The translations under genes and the position numbers were made by a program. A stretch of 64,000 bases of DNA. Origin: a virus. The stretch is taken from the IMG/VR virus record IMGVR_UViG_3300045988_154277; one strand, 5' to 3'. Of this stretch, positions 17,665 to 27,780 are shown in pieces. The notes beneath the pieces were generated by a model. It was not told the origin of the DNA. It saw only the letters and a program-made list of their open reading frames with translations, and did not search any database. Numbering within the stretch: the first letter of the stretch is position 1; every line of letters starts with the position of its first letter.

Positions 17665-18147
17665 CTACCGTGTAGACTTATGGTGATCATCAGCACTCTT
17701 CTGTGCGTAGTAATCGCAGATGCGATTCGCATTAGACCTGTAGTCTTTGCGAAAGGTATGGGCTTTTACCCACTCTGCTTTTACGTTGTGTACTTGCATG
17801 AGATCGTAAAGTCGTTTGACTAGATCGAGATTCGCAACAGGAGTACCACCTTTGGTAATCCAGTTGTTTCGTTTCCAACCATAGATCCACCCGTTGATCG
17901 TGTTGACGACCAACTTGCTATCTGCGATCACTTTCACATTACAAGGCTCGGTCAACTCTTCCAAACCGTGGATCACTCCTGTCAACTCCATCCTGGAGAT
18001 CGTTGTATCTTGATCACTGGATGTCACCAGTTTCCAATGTGGCCAGTACACCAATAGAGAAGTCCAGCCACCGGCATTCAACTTCCCTTTCCAAGAACCA
18101 TCCGTGAATAGTTCTACTGTTTTCAATTTCGGATCATGTTTTCGCAT
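17665..18147 (-). CDS. rnhA: ribonuclease H (RNase HI-like)
   Basis: VELFTDGS ... ELTGVIHGLEEL ... IADSKLVVNTINGWIYGWKRNNW ... VKAHTF match the RNase HI catalytic DEDD core. Start refined to MRKHDPK, with AGAGGTGA upstream. Confidence 0.8.
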   Translation of the reverse strand: MRKHDPKLKTVELFTDGSWKGKLNAGGWTSLLVYWPHWKLVTSSDQDTTISRMELTGVIHGLEELTEPCNVKVIADSKLVVNTINGWIYGWKRNNWITKGGTPVANLDLVKRLYDLMQVHNVKAEWVKAHTFRKDYRSNANRICDYYAQKSADDHHKSTR

Positions 18148-18192
18148 AGATTCACCTCTTACGTTCACAGCATGTTGTAGACAGAAAAGATA

Positions 18193-18226
18193 CTACTCTA
18201 CCAGGGACTACACCCTGGTAGAGTAG
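18193..18226 (-). terminator. hairpin between ligA and the RNase H gene
   Basis: 14-bp stem ctactctaccaggg / ccctggtagagtag. Confidence 0.5.
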
Positions 18227-18233
18227 TGGATAC

Positions 18234-20090
18234 TTACATCTGTCGGAACTGTGATTCCGTCACGATCTGGATCCCGTAGCGTCTGGCTTTCACCAGTTTC
18301 GTACTTTCATCCTCTTGTTCTTCATCCGGAACAACGAGTAATGAGAGATCTTTTGTGACAGCAGGTACTGGTTGATAACCTTTGGATCTGGCATAAGCTT
18401 CCAACTCAGATCTTGGGGCACTCATTTTACCTGTGAAACAGATCGTCATGTCGAAGTTCTGACCAACACTGTTGAGATTGGTGCAGAGCATCAGACAGAG
18501 AGCCAGATTCTGAACATTCTCAGAATAGGACAACCATCTCACAAGGGACAATCCTGTTTCACCAAACGATTGAAACTTCTCTAAAGCGTGTTCCGTTGAA
18601 AGCGTTGTAAGATCTTCGATCGAACAAACGGTCAACAGCATCGCTGCGTTAGCTTTGCTGATCCTCGGGATCCCTAACGCTGACAGCAGCATCGCAGGTG
18701 TTGCTGTCCGAAGAGCGTTCTGGATCGAAGCATACAACTTTGTCGCTACCTTAGGTGATACGTCCGCGTAAGAACATAGTCCTTCCAAGGAGATAGACAG
18801 AAGTTGATGCAACTGCAACACCTTGTTGGATACCAGGTTCATAAGTACTACCTTCCCGAAACCATCCAGCTTCAGCTCCTTCGCTGCTTTGCGAAGGATC
18901 GCCAATGCAACACCAGGACAATCAGGGTTGGTGCAAACCAACTCTACATCTTCCTGATGAGTCGGATGTCCACACGATGGGCAGGTATGTGGTATCATCA
19001 GTTCACCTTGGTTACGGACATGATCTTCCACACAGATGTGAGGAACAACATCACCCGCTCGTTCCACCTTGACGATATCTCCGAGTCTGAAATCATTCTT
19101 GATCACATACGCCAGGTTGAACAACGATGCTTGCTGTATCGTGACATTCCCGATCTTCACAGGATCGATGATGCCTTTCGGAGTGATACTCCGCATCCCA
19201 ACATTCCACTCGATCCCACGTAAGGTAGAAGTCTGAGACTCATTGGCGAACTTGAACGCCATCATCCCTCTTGGATGGTGTTGTGTTGCACCAAGTTCTT
19301 GAATCTTGGATATATCACCAAGTTTGATCACCATCCCATCCGTCGGATAGTTTAGTTCTTCCACATCCAAGACAAGTTTATCCCACTCTTCTGGATCCTC
19401 CAACATATTCAACGTCATGATCGTTGAATAGAAGGTGTAATCCACGAATGTCAGGATCTTCTTGCCTTTCAGATCAGGAAGTGGTTCTTTGGATGCCAGG
19501 ATGCCCGCAACCGTATTCCTCTGTGTATTATATTTTTCACCATTCTGTTTCAGGATCTTACCAGAGAGGAAGTACTCTTCGAAGTCCTCATCTGTGATGA
19601 TGATCTCACCATAGAACGGTGTGTTCAGAAGAAGCAACTGTATTGCTTTGTTAGGATGTCTCATCGCCTGTAACAAAACAGTTGAAGTTGTCTTTACTTC
19701 GATCAGAGGCAACTTGCTAGTGATATCCTCTCCGACATGTCCATCTCCTCTGGTGCTCAGTTGCCAACCACGAGTTGTGTAGACCAGTTTACCTGCGATC
19801 CCATCATACTTCGGTTGCACTACGAACGTGCTGTCTTCTCGTCCAACACTCTTGCACCACTTGACGATCTCTTCGTGCGTGTAGCGTTTGTCCAGAGAGA
19901 GCATCGGTGGATTGTGGATCACAGAGCCTTTCTCTCCTCCGATATAGGTGAGTCTTGGATCATCAGGATCCAAGACACGAAGTTGTTCGATCAACTTATC
20001 ATACTCCTGATCGGAGATGATGGGTTGGTGATCGGTCCAATATTTCACATTGGCTTCATCGATCTTCTTCCGTAAAGTGTCAATGTCCAT
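18234..20090 (-). CDS. ligA: NAD-dependent DNA ligase
   Basis: KYDGIAG (KxDG adenylation motif), ERAGDVVP, the zinc finger CPSCGHPTHQEDVELVCTNPDCPG, and a C-terminal BRCT-like region. RBS is AAGGAG. Confidence 0.9.
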   Translation of the reverse strand: MDIDTLRKKIDEANVKYWTDHQPIISDQEYDKLIEQLRVLDPDDPRLTYIGGEKGSVIHNPPMLSLDKRYTHEEIVKWCKSVGREDSTFVVQPKYDGIAGKLVYTTRGWQLSTRGDGHVGEDITSKLPLIEVKTTSTVLLQAMRHPNKAIQLLLLNTPFYGEIIITDEDFEEYFLSGKILKQNGEKYNTQRNTVAGILASKEPLPDLKGKKILTFVDYTFYSTIMTLNMLEDPEEWDKLVLDVEELNYPTDGMVIKLGDISKIQELGATQHHPRGMMAFKFANESQTSTLRGIEWNVGMRSITPKGIIDPVKIGNVTIQQASLFNLAYVIKNDFRLGDIVKVERAGDVVPHICVEDHVRNQGELMIPHTCPSCGHPTHQEDVELVCTNPDCPGVALAILRKAAKELKLDGFGKVVLMNLVSNKVLQLHQLLSISLEGLCSYADVSPKVATKLYASIQNALRTATPAMLLSALGIPRISKANAAMLLTVCSIEDLTTLSTEHALEKFQSFGETGLSLVRWLSYSENVQNLALCLMLCTNLNSVGQNFDMTICFTGKMSAPRSELEAYARSKGYQPVPAVTKDLSLLVVPDEEQEDESTKLVKARRYGIQIVTESQFRQM

Positions 20091-20141
20091 AGAGAACTCC
20101 TTCTAGTTGTATATTTTACGTAGTATGCTCAATTTTCCTCA

Positions 20142-20167
20142 AGTTGTAATATATACGTAAAGCATAG
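20142..20167 (-). promoter_or_regulatory. early-promoter-like motif upstream of ligA
   Basis: agttgtaatatatacgtaaagcatag. The minus strand reads gctttacgTATATATTACaact, about 55 nt upstream of the ligA ATG. Confidence 0.5.
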
Positions 20168-20208
20168 TTGAGTATACTGGTAAGTGGATACCAGTATACT
20201 CAGGAAGA

Positions 20209-21558
20209 TTATTTCATTCTAGAGATCATCGTTTTAATCTGTGCTTTAGCCCAATTCAGTTCACCCAATGTCGGTACGTATTTCTTTTCATTGCCGTAAG
20301 CACGACGTTCTTCCTGATCATCGTTACTTCGATTTTTATCAAACTGTTTATAGTTTTGACCATCCGACAGATGAGTGCATTCATGTACGATCGTGACTAG
20401 CATCAAGCGAGCTGCACGTTCAATTCCATCAGGTGAAATATCTCTTAAGAGATATCTAGCATTGATCCAAAGGTCTCTTGCACCGATAGATCCATAACTT
20501 GCATGACACCAACCAATGATTGTATTGTTATCATCAGTAGGCCAGGTATTCGGCTCCTTCGTCGTCACAATAATGTTATCAACACGAACAGAATCTCCTA
20601 TGATCTGTTCAATGTGACGATGAAAACCTGGATCGATCGTTGTGGTATAATGTAACGTAAACCCTGAGTTATCGTAGATCTTTCCGATCCTGATCATGAT
20701 CCCAGGTAACGGTTCCAAGATGTTGGATATCGATACCGTAATGTATCCTAATGTCTTAATACACTCCAACACAACATTCTTCAAATCAGATACTGTTCTA
20801 GGAGAGGTATCCGGTATCATCAAAAAGTCGTATGTTGTAGCTGATGAAACATTTACAAGTTGTGCTGTTCCACGAATCAACTTGGAAGTTAATGAAACTA
20901 CATCAGTCACAGTTTCAGCCTTATCGATCAGATACCGTACTTCACTTACGTTCTCAGAAAGGGCGATCGCCTGAACTTCTAAGAAGTTCAGATAATCAAC
21001 GATCCTTCTACAAACAGAACAACATTTCGACTTCATGATCCGAATCGATCGATCTCGTTCCAATACCAACTCGTGCCAGATCTGGAACCAACCACTGATA
21101 TCACGACTGATCTTCTGTCCATTATCCTGAGTTACTTGAATCGGTAACTTCTCACGGAAGCCTTTTAGATGTTCAAAGATCTCTTCCACATTGTAAGGTA
21201 TGAAGATCTCTTTATCCTCAAACGAAGAAACTCGATAATGTGTTGATGTGATCGAATGAATAAACGTACTACGTCGGTTCGAGACCAACCCGAAGATAGT
21301 TGCTTTCAGATATTTGACGAACGTGATGAATTTGTGTAAGAGATCTAACACTTTCTGTTTTAACCAACTGAGGAACTTTTGAAATCCATCAGAGAGTTCT
21401 GTCAAAAGACTTTCTTGTCCGTAGTCCAATTGATCTTGAAAAACCTGTGCTTGTACAATTACATCGTTGGCTGCAAAAACAAGATCTTGTGCTGACTGTT
21501 CAAAAGGGGTAAGCATAGTTCTCCTTATCGTTGTTTTGTGATGAGATATCGGATCCAT
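20209..21558 (-). CDS. HExxH zinc-metallopeptidase-like protein; paralog of 45844..47187
   Basis: IVHECTHL near the C-terminus, WCHASYGS, and the N-terminal helix FQKFLSWLKQKVLDLL are shared with 45844..47187 and 43050..44066. Confidence 0.5.
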   Translation of the reverse strand: MDPISHHKTTIRRTMLTPFEQSAQDLVFAANDVIVQAQVFQDQLDYGQESLLTELSDGFQKFLSWLKQKVLDLLHKFITFVKYLKATIFGLVSNRRSTFIHSITSTHYRVSSFEDKEIFIPYNVEEIFEHLKGFREKLPIQVTQDNGQKISRDISGWFQIWHELVLERDRSIRIMKSKCCSVCRRIVDYLNFLEVQAIALSENVSEVRYLIDKAETVTDVVSLTSKLIRGTAQLVNVSSATTYDFLMIPDTSPRTVSDLKNVVLECIKTLGYITVSISNILEPLPGIMIRIGKIYDNSGFTLHYTTTIDPGFHRHIEQIIGDSVRVDNIIVTTKEPNTWPTDDNNTIIGWCHASYGSIGARDLWINARYLLRDISPDGIERAARLMLVTIVHECTHLSDGQNYKQFDKNRSNDDQEERRAYGNEKKYVPTLGELNWAKAQIKTMISRMK

Positions 21559-21965
21559 GCAATCTGATCATCTCTTAGTTGCCACTTCGGAACCACTGTC
21601 TCAATGTTATCATCAATCTCAATGATATCTGATTCAGTTTCATGAAACACGACTCGATGTGCTGGATGGTTTGTGATGTATGAGAAAACAACATCCATAT
21701 TGCGTTGTACAGGTATCACATTCACGTACTTTGTTGGGTTAGACTTTGGTTCAATAACCATAAAACTCTTGTAACGACAAATCACATCGAACTGATCAAT
21801 CATGAGGTCTGATGATTTACATCGATAAGAGAATCGATCACCTGGAACGCTACCAAGTGACTCGTGATAGTTGATGATAAGCGTATCTTGATCGATAACC
21901 ACCGTATCAATGATATCACAGCATGTCCCATAAAAACACAGATCATGTGGAAATGATAGTTCCAT
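21525..21965 (-). CDS. hypothetical protein
   Basis: Start refined to MELSFPHDL at 21965, with GGAGGTG upstream. Preceded by the hairpin at 21993..22018. Confidence 0.4.
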   Translation of the reverse strand: MELSFPHDLCFYGTCCDIIDTVVIDQDTLIINYHESLGSVPGDRFSYRCKSSDLMIDQFDVICRYKSFMVIEPKSNPTKYVNVIPVQRNMDVVFSYITNHPAHRVVFHETESDIIEIDDNIETVVPKWQLRDDQIAWIRYLITKQR

Positions 21966-21992
21966 ACACACCTCCTTATGCAAAAAAAGAAA

Positions 21993-22018
21993 CACTAGTG
22001 AGTAACTACTCACTAGTG
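21993..22018 (-). terminator. terminator-like hairpin with a T-tract
   Basis: 11-bp stem cactagtgagt / actcactagtg. The minus strand is followed by TTTCTTTTTTTGC. Confidence 0.55.
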
Positions 22019-22110
22019 TATGATGTTTCACTCGCGTTTCTTAGATTTACGATCGCGTATTTTTCTTACATTCGGCGATGATCCAATCAAACATCTCAAC
22101 CTCCTTTCTA

Positions 22111-22656
22111 TTACAGTTTCCATCTCCCTTTTCCCATAACAGATTGCACGATCGACCTGTGCAGTTTAGAATTATCAGGAAGATGCATTCCGATCTCGTA
22201 CGGGATCGTGATACTGAACGCAGTATCGTCATGTATCCCATGTTCCGGACCATGAGACGGGATGGACACTCCCGTTACACGATAACAGTAGTTTGAATCG
22301 TCATACGTTATATCGGATGCTGTTGTGTGGAACATCAGATACTTCGGTTCCAGAGAGGGTATTTGTTCGAGACAGTTCCTCAAGACCTCTGTATCCACAA
22401 GAACATAGTGACCGAAACCATCATGGAAGCACCTGAAATCAATTAAGATCTGAGCTGCTTGCAGGCAGTAATACGTGTACTTCCGGTAGATCGTATCGAA
22501 GAAATCATCATTGTGTTTCAGACCCAACGCACGTGTGATCTTCTGGTTTTGCCATCCGTAAGCATCCACATATGCGATCTGGTTCATTTTCTCAACCAGA
22601 CGTTTCAGTTCTTGGATCTTATCCGAATCAGCATTCGTGTTAGAACAAGTGCTCAT
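22111..22656 (-). CDS. hypothetical protein
   Basis: Start refined to MSTCSN at 22656, with a GGGAGTGG RBS. Confidence 0.4.
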   Translation of the reverse strand: MSTCSNTNADSDKIQELKRLVEKMNQIAYVDAYGWQNQKITRALGLKHNDDFFDTIYRKYTYYCLQAAQILIDFRCFHDGFGHYVLVDTEVLRNCLEQIPSLEPKYLMFHTTASDITYDDSNYCYRVTGVSIPSHGPEHGIHDDTAFSITIPYEIGMHLPDNSKLHRSIVQSVMGKGRWKL

Positions 22657-22927
22657 CGTAACCACTCCCTTCCAAGTCATCATTTAGACTTAATTCACCT
22701 TCGATGTAGTCGTTGTCGATCCCTTCGTCCAACTCCACATACTCAGGCTGCAGGTTATCATCCTCCCTGATGATCTCAGGGGTATCATCTGACGATGCGC
22801 TGATCTCCACCATCTGATCCGGTACTTGTTCACTAGAACAAGTAGGACAGAACATGTAGTCAACGACATCGTCGAACTCCTCTGTGTCATACCAGCGATG
22901 ACACTTACAACATTTGAAATAGCTCAT
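22640..22927 (-). CDS. small zinc-ribbon protein with a polyacidic C-terminal tail
   Basis: CCKCH..(17)..CPTC, then a tail rich in D/E (DDTPEIIREDDNLQPEYVELDEGIDNDYIEGELSLNDDLEGSGYDE). Paralogous in architecture to 28500..28751. Confidence 0.5.
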   Translation of the reverse strand: MSYFKCCKCHRWYDTEEFDDVVDYMFCPTCSSEQVPDQMVEISASSDDTPEIIREDDNLQPEYVELDEGIDNDYIEGELSLNDDLEGSGYDEHLF

Positions 22928-23714
22928 GTATCTTTCCTTTCGGGATCCAAGTCATCCCTTTTGTTAAGTACGTCATACCGGTAATATTCGCATCTACGAA
23001 CCATTTGTGGCTGATGTCGATACTGGATGATGATCGTTTACCATCCGCTCTTTTGAATACGATCTTGAGTCGATCCATCCGGTCATCCCACTTAAGAGAG
23101 TAGTGTTTGCGTGTCTCATCATCGAGCGACTGCATGATGATATCACAGCAGTCGCTCTCAGAGTAGTGTGATGTACTGTTTTGATAATACCAGATGTAGA
23201 AGAAGCGTTGGAGATCCTCCTCCAACGCACCATAGTGTTTGGTCCACTCTCCAGTCGTATCACGACTGGGTTGACTATGTCCCAACTCACACAACTTCTT
23301 GAAATGATGCGATATATGCTCCAAATAGTTGTCGTATCTATCAAGATGTAAATACTGATTCACATCTTCGATCTGAACACGATGCCCGACAACGCTGTTG
23401 TCTTTCGTGTAGAGTTCACAATAAACGAAACGATGATCTCGTTCATACTTACGTGACTCTTTATACGGTTGGATGAAACACTTGCAGGTACCACTCACAG
23501 GATCCCAATCGACGCTGGTTATGATATCGTACTTCGGGTTGTCATCTTGGAACGCATCTACGATGATGGATAGGAAAGTGTGATGTAAACACACTTCCAT
23601 TTCCATCTCATCTTTACACTCCGGAAGTGGACTGCCTTCACATGCAATGCATGCTTTGACAACCACATCTTTCAAAGCTTGTAACGTTTTGACGATCTTC
23701 TGTTCTCTTGTCAT
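22905..23714 (-). CDS. hypothetical protein, possibly a distant member of the tandem paralog family
   Basis: RKYERDHRFVYCELY and LKIVFKRADGK weakly resemble family motifs (DRHHRNCNHYLY, VQFKEGRG). RBS is AAGGAG. Confidence 0.4.
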   Translation of the reverse strand: MTREQKIVKTLQALKDVVVKACIACEGSPLPECKDEMEMEVCLHHTFLSIIVDAFQDDNPKYDIITSVDWDPVSGTCKCFIQPYKESRKYERDHRFVYCELYTKDNSVVGHRVQIEDVNQYLHLDRYDNYLEHISHHFKKLCELGHSQPSRDTTGEWTKHYGALEEDLQRFFYIWYYQNSTSHYSESDCCDIIMQSLDDETRKHYSLKWDDRMDRLKIVFKRADGKRSSSSIDISHKWFVDANITGMTYLTKGMTWIPKGKIHELFQML

Positions 23715-23750
23715 AGTTTACTCCTTCGTGCATAATGTTAAGTTTGACGT

Positions 23751-23780
23751 ATAGAGCGGGATGATACTATCCCGCTCTAT
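23751..23780 (-). terminator. hairpin between paralog-region genes
   Basis: 11-bp stem atagagcggga / tcccgctctat. Confidence 0.4.
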
Positions 23781-23789
23781 ACACAGTAA

Positions 23790-24488
23790 TCATCGATTGA
23801 TATTGATCAACGTGTACCAATGCTTTTTGATCTTGATCGGTACTTCGTGCAACACTCCATAGAACGAGAGTGTGAGATGTCTCTGCTTGGGATACCGTGC
23901 CAAATAACACTGCATCGTCTGACACACCTCAAGGTGCTCTTTCAGATACTTGATGAATGCAGGATATCCATCCACAAGTCCGATACACTCCATATGACTG
24001 TAGATATCCTGGAACTCTTCGTTGAGTTCACGAACAGTTAAGTTCGTATCCCCGCAGATCGCTTCTTGTATGTGTGCATTCAACTGATTGATTTGCTTGT
24101 CCAAAATACCGATCGGAAAGAATCGGCAGATGGACTCGATCTGCAAACGATATCCTACAATCAAACCACGACTCATCGATCTATAAGATCCAACGAAGAT
24201 CTGTCCATACACGAACTGATCAAAATCACGATCCGCATCGACAGGTCTGAGGTAGAACGTATAGGTGTTCCTCCAGGTATCCCATTTCCCATCATATTCG
24301 ATATTGATGGTTGGGAATTTAGTCTCCAGCTGATGTATCACGTTCATCAATGAACTACGGAGCTGCCCTTCTATGCTACGAGTATCAACACCCGTTAACG
24401 GACAATACATCAAAATATTGATATGAGCACTTATGGTGTTCCGTATGGTGCCCACGATCAATGATTCTTTCAATGTTACTTGTTCCAT
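23790..24488 (-). CDS. divergent member of the tandem paralog family
   Basis: YTFYLRPVDADRDFDQFVYGQI matches FMFRLDRYHDDCKHFVYGSI of 26209..26949. GLIVGYRLQIESICRFFPIG matches FLIHGVNIQIAPVISRRI. Confidence 0.5.
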   Translation of the reverse strand: MEQVTLKESLIVGTIRNTISAHINILMYCPLTGVDTRSIEGQLRSSLMNVIHQLETKFPTINIEYDGKWDTWRNTYTFYLRPVDADRDFDQFVYGQIFVGSYRSMSRGLIVGYRLQIESICRFFPIGILDKQINQLNAHIQEAICGDTNLTVRELNEEFQDIYSHMECIGLVDGYPAFIKYLKEHLEVCQTMQCYLARYPKQRHLTLSFYGVLHEVPIKIKKHWYTLININR

Positions 24489-24501
24489 TTTGATATTCCT
24501 T

Positions 24502-25029
24502 TCACTGTAACTGTTTAATGCAATCTGTTAGAGCTGCTTCCAACCGCGGGTTGTGATAACGCTCACCAAGTTGCAAGACGGAGTTGATCTCTTCCTGTGA
24601 CAAAACACGCATGAACTTCGTATCTGCTTTGAGACACTGGTGTTCATCGAAATAATGAGATAACCATGCGATTTCGTGTACATTATCTGTACGAAAATCC
24701 GATGGATCGAGGATCTCTACATCGACTCCAAAATCAGACGGATCAGAACCATCACACCCGAAGATGTGATAATACGAGCCATCGATACGTGCGTAATAAT
24801 GATTGTACGTACCACGCAATACCTCCTTCCGTAATGTATGGTACGGGGTTCCTTCTAACATCATCCCTACACCAACGATGTGACTATCGTAATGGTGAAA
24901 TGCTGTACAAAGGATCTGAGCGAACCGAAAGCACTGTCCGTTCGCATAGATGAGTTCATGCCATAGTCCGACACTCGGTTGTTCCTTCGGATGGAACAAC
25001 TCGATGAAATCTATCACCTCCTGATGCAT
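24502..25029 (-). CDS. hypothetical protein
   Basis: 175 aa. The GAGGAGTG RBS overlaps the upstream stop. Confidence 0.45.
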   Translation of the reverse strand: MHQEVIDFIELFHPKEQPSVGLWHELIYANGQCFRFAQILCTAFHHYDSHIVGVGMMLEGTPYHTLRKEVLRGTYNHYYARIDGSYYHIFGCDGSDPSDFGVDVEILDPSDFRTDNVHEIAWLSHYFDEHQCLKADTKFMRVLSQEEINSVLQLGERYHNPRLEAALTDCIKQLQ

Positions 25030-25036
25030 ATTCCAT

Positions 25037-25423
25037 TCACTCCTCTGGATAGATCCAACTCAAGTTGATACCCTGTCCTCGATATAAGACCTGTTTGGTC
25101 GGATAACGACCTCCGAGTAACTCTATGATCATCATTGCAGTATCCGGAAGTCCAGCATACCGGAACTTCACGTATTGACACCATTTATCACTGTGACGTG
25201 AAGTATAGATCTGCTGGAACGTCAAAAGACGTTCCGGATGTTGAATATTGAGTTCACTTACATAATGCTCAAGAGCATCATTCACTTTTGAATGAGTGGT
25301 CCTCTCAATAAACTCCATCTCGGTCTCATACTCAAACGGTTTAAACGAGTCAACCAAATGGCGTCTCAGATCAGTAAGGTTGATCTGATCTTTCAGTTGT
25401 TGTGATATCGTAAGTTCTTCCAT
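25037..25423 (-). CDS. hypothetical protein
   Basis: 128-aa ORF, coupled to its neighbours. Confidence 0.45.
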   Translation of the reverse strand: MEELTISQQLKDQINLTDLRRHLVDSFKPFEYETEMEFIERTTHSKVNDALEHYVSELNIQHPERLLTFQQIYTSRHSDKWCQYVKFRYAGLPDTAMMIIELLGGRYPTKQVLYRGQGINLSWIYPEE

Positions 25424-25438
25424 GATGAAGTCTCCTTG

Positions 25439-26137
25439 TTATTCAAACGTGTCTAAAAGTGAATCATTTAACGCGATATGACGAACCAGGATCGCGTTAC
25501 CTTTGTAATAGAATCCGATGACCAAATTACCCTGCTCGTACCAAAACTTGATGTTGCGATATCCTGTATATCCCAACATCTTCTTCAATGATTGACAGAA
25601 TGCACGTTTGCTCAGATCAGGATCTCGCCACTTGGAAATATTCCAAAGTTCTTCGATACATGGTTTCAGCAATTCTAAATAGTTCGGTACAATCGAATAT
25701 GCTACCTTGAACGCGATCAAGATCTGATCGATGAGTTTTCTCGCTGTGGACTGTGCGTTCTGATACTGCGTATCAGAGAACCGATCAGGGATCGGCAAGC
25801 ACTCCACATTGACAGCTCTGATCAACCACAGGTTGTCATCCTGACAAGTCATTTCTATTTGACCGCACAAATACTGATGTGTTGGACGAACCGTGTCGGT
25901 GAGTGTAAACCTGATACAACAAGTACGGTTCTCTTCTCGTTTGGATTCGTCACCGTTGTCGCACAATCGCTTCAGTTCTGGATAGACAAAACGAAGTACA
26001 TAGCGCACGTCCCACAGTGCATGGTGGATAACGCGTGTGGGATATGGATACTTTTTCCCTAGCAGTCCACCAAGTGTTTTTAACACGGTCTCCTGGAGTT
26101 GATACAAATTCTGATTTTGTGTTGTTATCTGAGTCAT
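25439..26137 (-). CDS. tandem paralog family member 1
   Basis: Shares WLIRAVNVECLPIPDRFSD, IEELWNISKWRDPDLSKRAF and GYRNIKFWYEQGNLVIGFYYKGNAIL with the three following genes. Confidence 0.55.
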   Translation of the reverse strand: MTQITTQNQNLYQLQETVLKTLGGLLGKKYPYPTRVIHHALWDVRYVLRFVYPELKRLCDNGDESKREENRTCCIRFTLTDTVRPTHQYLCGQIEMTCQDDNLWLIRAVNVECLPIPDRFSDTQYQNAQSTARKLIDQILIAFKVAYSIVPNYLELLKPCIEELWNISKWRDPDLSKRAFCQSLKKMLGYTGYRNIKFWYEQGNLVIGFYYKGNAILVRHIALNDSLLDTFE

Positions 26138-26162
26138 GATGGTCCTCTTTGTTAATGACTCG

Positions 26163-26198
26163 TACTTAGGGGTAGTAAAATAACTACCCCTAAGTACT
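26163..26198 (-). terminator. hairpin between tandem paralogs 1 and 2
   Basis: 14-bp stem gtacttaggggtag / ctacccctaagtac. Confidence 0.5.
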
Positions 26199-26208
26199 TA
26201 TGTTGTTA

Positions 26209-26949
26209 TTAGAAATGCGGGTTCAGTGAGATAACAGTCTGATGTTCTTTCTGTCCACGATGGTGGTACTCGATGAACAACTTGTTCTTTTCAGAGCGGA
26301 AGTAGATCGTACGATATCCATCGTAGTCCAGAAGAGACTTGATCCTCTTGGCGAACTGACAGATTGTGATATCGGGATTCGTCCATTTGCAGTGATCCCA
26401 AATTCTGTCGATACGTTCGTCCAGCTTGTTTTCAACAGGTTTCAGATAATGCTGAAGATCGTGATCTGATCGATCCTTTCTAATCTTCTGAAGACCCGAC
26501 TGGATATCTTCGATGTACCGTCGAGCGAACATCCGATCACTGCGGAATTCGTCTGCATCAATACGACGACTTATCACAGGTGCAATCTGTATATTTACAC
26601 CGTGGATCAAGAAGGATCCCTCCTGATGAGTGGTCATAATCGATCCGTAGACGAAGTGTTTGCAATCATCGTGGTACCGATCCAACCGAAACATGAATTT
26701 ACTGTGACTGTATCGTTCCCCGTGTTGACCCTTCGGTGACAGCCACTTCGTATCGATGTGATCCATGAAGAGTTCCAATTCAGGAAGTGAGAGTTTACCT
26801 CGTAGGTTGTGGTGAAGTTCATGAAGGAGTCTGTTGATCACTTTCTCGGGTTGTGTGTAGGAACGACCAAGCAACGATTGGGTTGCTTCCAGTGATGCGA
26901 TCTGGATCTGTTTCAGATCGCTTGCGTAAGGATCGTGTGTTTGTGCCAT
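26209..26949 (-). CDS. tandem paralog family member 2
   Basis: Start refined to MAQTHDPY at 26949 (ACGGAGGAA RBS). Motifs FRLDRYHDDCKHFVYG, FLIHGVNIQIAPV, IDRIWDHCKWTNPD, DYDGYRTIYF. Confidence 0.55.
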   Translation of the reverse strand: MAQTHDPYASDLKQIQIASLEATQSLLGRSYTQPEKVINRLLHELHHNLRGKLSLPELELFMDHIDTKWLSPKGQHGERYSHSKFMFRLDRYHDDCKHFVYGSIMTTHQEGSFLIHGVNIQIAPVISRRIDADEFRSDRMFARRYIEDIQSGLQKIRKDRSDHDLQHYLKPVENKLDERIDRIWDHCKWTNPDITICQFAKRIKSLLDYDGYRTIYFRSEKNKLFIEYHHRGQKEHQTVISLNPHF

Positions 26950-26989
26950 GGGGTTCTTCCTCCGTATGGTTATTGGGTTATGTTTTGTA

Positions 26990-27017
26990 TTAGGAGGGAA
27001 CACGATATCCCTCCTAA
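26990..27017 (-). terminator. hairpin between tandem paralogs 2 and 3
   Basis: 10-bp stem ttaggaggga / tccctcctaa. Confidence 0.4.
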
Positions 27018-27030
27018 TGCACTGCTTCGT

Positions 27031-27714
27031 TTACAGTATCTCGTCAAATGCAGAATACAAGACGAGATGTTTTGTGGTCATGAGTTCGTCTTTGTAATAG
27101 AAGTTGATCAACATCTCACATCCACGACCTTCCTTGAACTGAACGGTACGACAACGTTCATAGTCAAGAAGAGCTGGTAATGTACGACGGACGAATGTCG
27201 TCCGATCCAACTCAGGATGTTGCCACTTCATGATACACCAGATGTTGAAGATGGTTGCTCCTAAAAACTCCATCTTATCACAAATGCATTGAGATGTTCC
27301 ACGGATCCCACGCTGGATCTGTCCGATCGTAAGTTTCACATCATGGATGTCTTCACAGAGCGTATCATTCGATCTGTAGTCGCCTGGGATCCGTCTACAT
27401 GTCACTGCGACAGCGTGGATCAACCAAGATCCGTTGAAGAGTTCCATATCAACTCTGATGTAAAGATAATGATTACAGTTGCGATGGTGACGATCCATCC
27501 GGAGGATGATCGTGTAAGAAGTGGTATCTTCTGGATCTAACTCTTGTGGATCCCTAAATACTTCCAATCCTCTGTCGATATACTTCGTAGTTGCTGATGC
27601 GATCGTTTGACCGATCGTCGTTACGGGATCCAGATGGTACGTCCCGATCAACTTCTGGAATGATTTCAACAGATCAGCTTGGATCCGTCTTAAGATTTCT
27701 TCCGATGTTAACAT
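27031..27714 (-). CDS. tandem paralog family member 3
   Basis: Likely start is MLTSEEIL at 27714 (the ORF-track start at 27732 lies inside a hairpin and has no SD). Motifs MDRHHRNCNHYLYIRVDME, WLIHAVAVTCRRIPGDYRSND, IWCIMKWQHPELDRTTF, DYERCRTVQFKEGRGCEMLINFYYKDEL. Confidence 0.55.
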   Translation of the reverse strand: MLTSEEILRRIQADLLKSFQKLIGTYHLDPVTTIGQTIASATTKYIDRGLEVFRDPQELDPEDTTSYTIILRMDRHHRNCNHYLYIRVDMELFNGSWLIHAVAVTCRRIPGDYRSNDTLCEDIHDVKLTIGQIQRGIRGTSQCICDKMEFLGATIFNIWCIMKWQHPELDRTTFVRRTLPALLDYERCRTVQFKEGRGCEMLINFYYKDELMTTKHLVLYSAFDEIL

Positions 27715-27737
27715 AATGATATTTCCTTTCATGTTGC

Positions 27738-27773
27738 CTACTTGGTAAGGGTATCGATACCCTTACCAAGTAG
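27738..27773 (-). terminator. hairpin between tandem paralogs 3 and 4
   Basis: 17-bp stem ctacttggtaagggtat cg atacccttaccaagtag. Confidence 0.5.
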
Positions 27774-27780
27774 GATGTTG

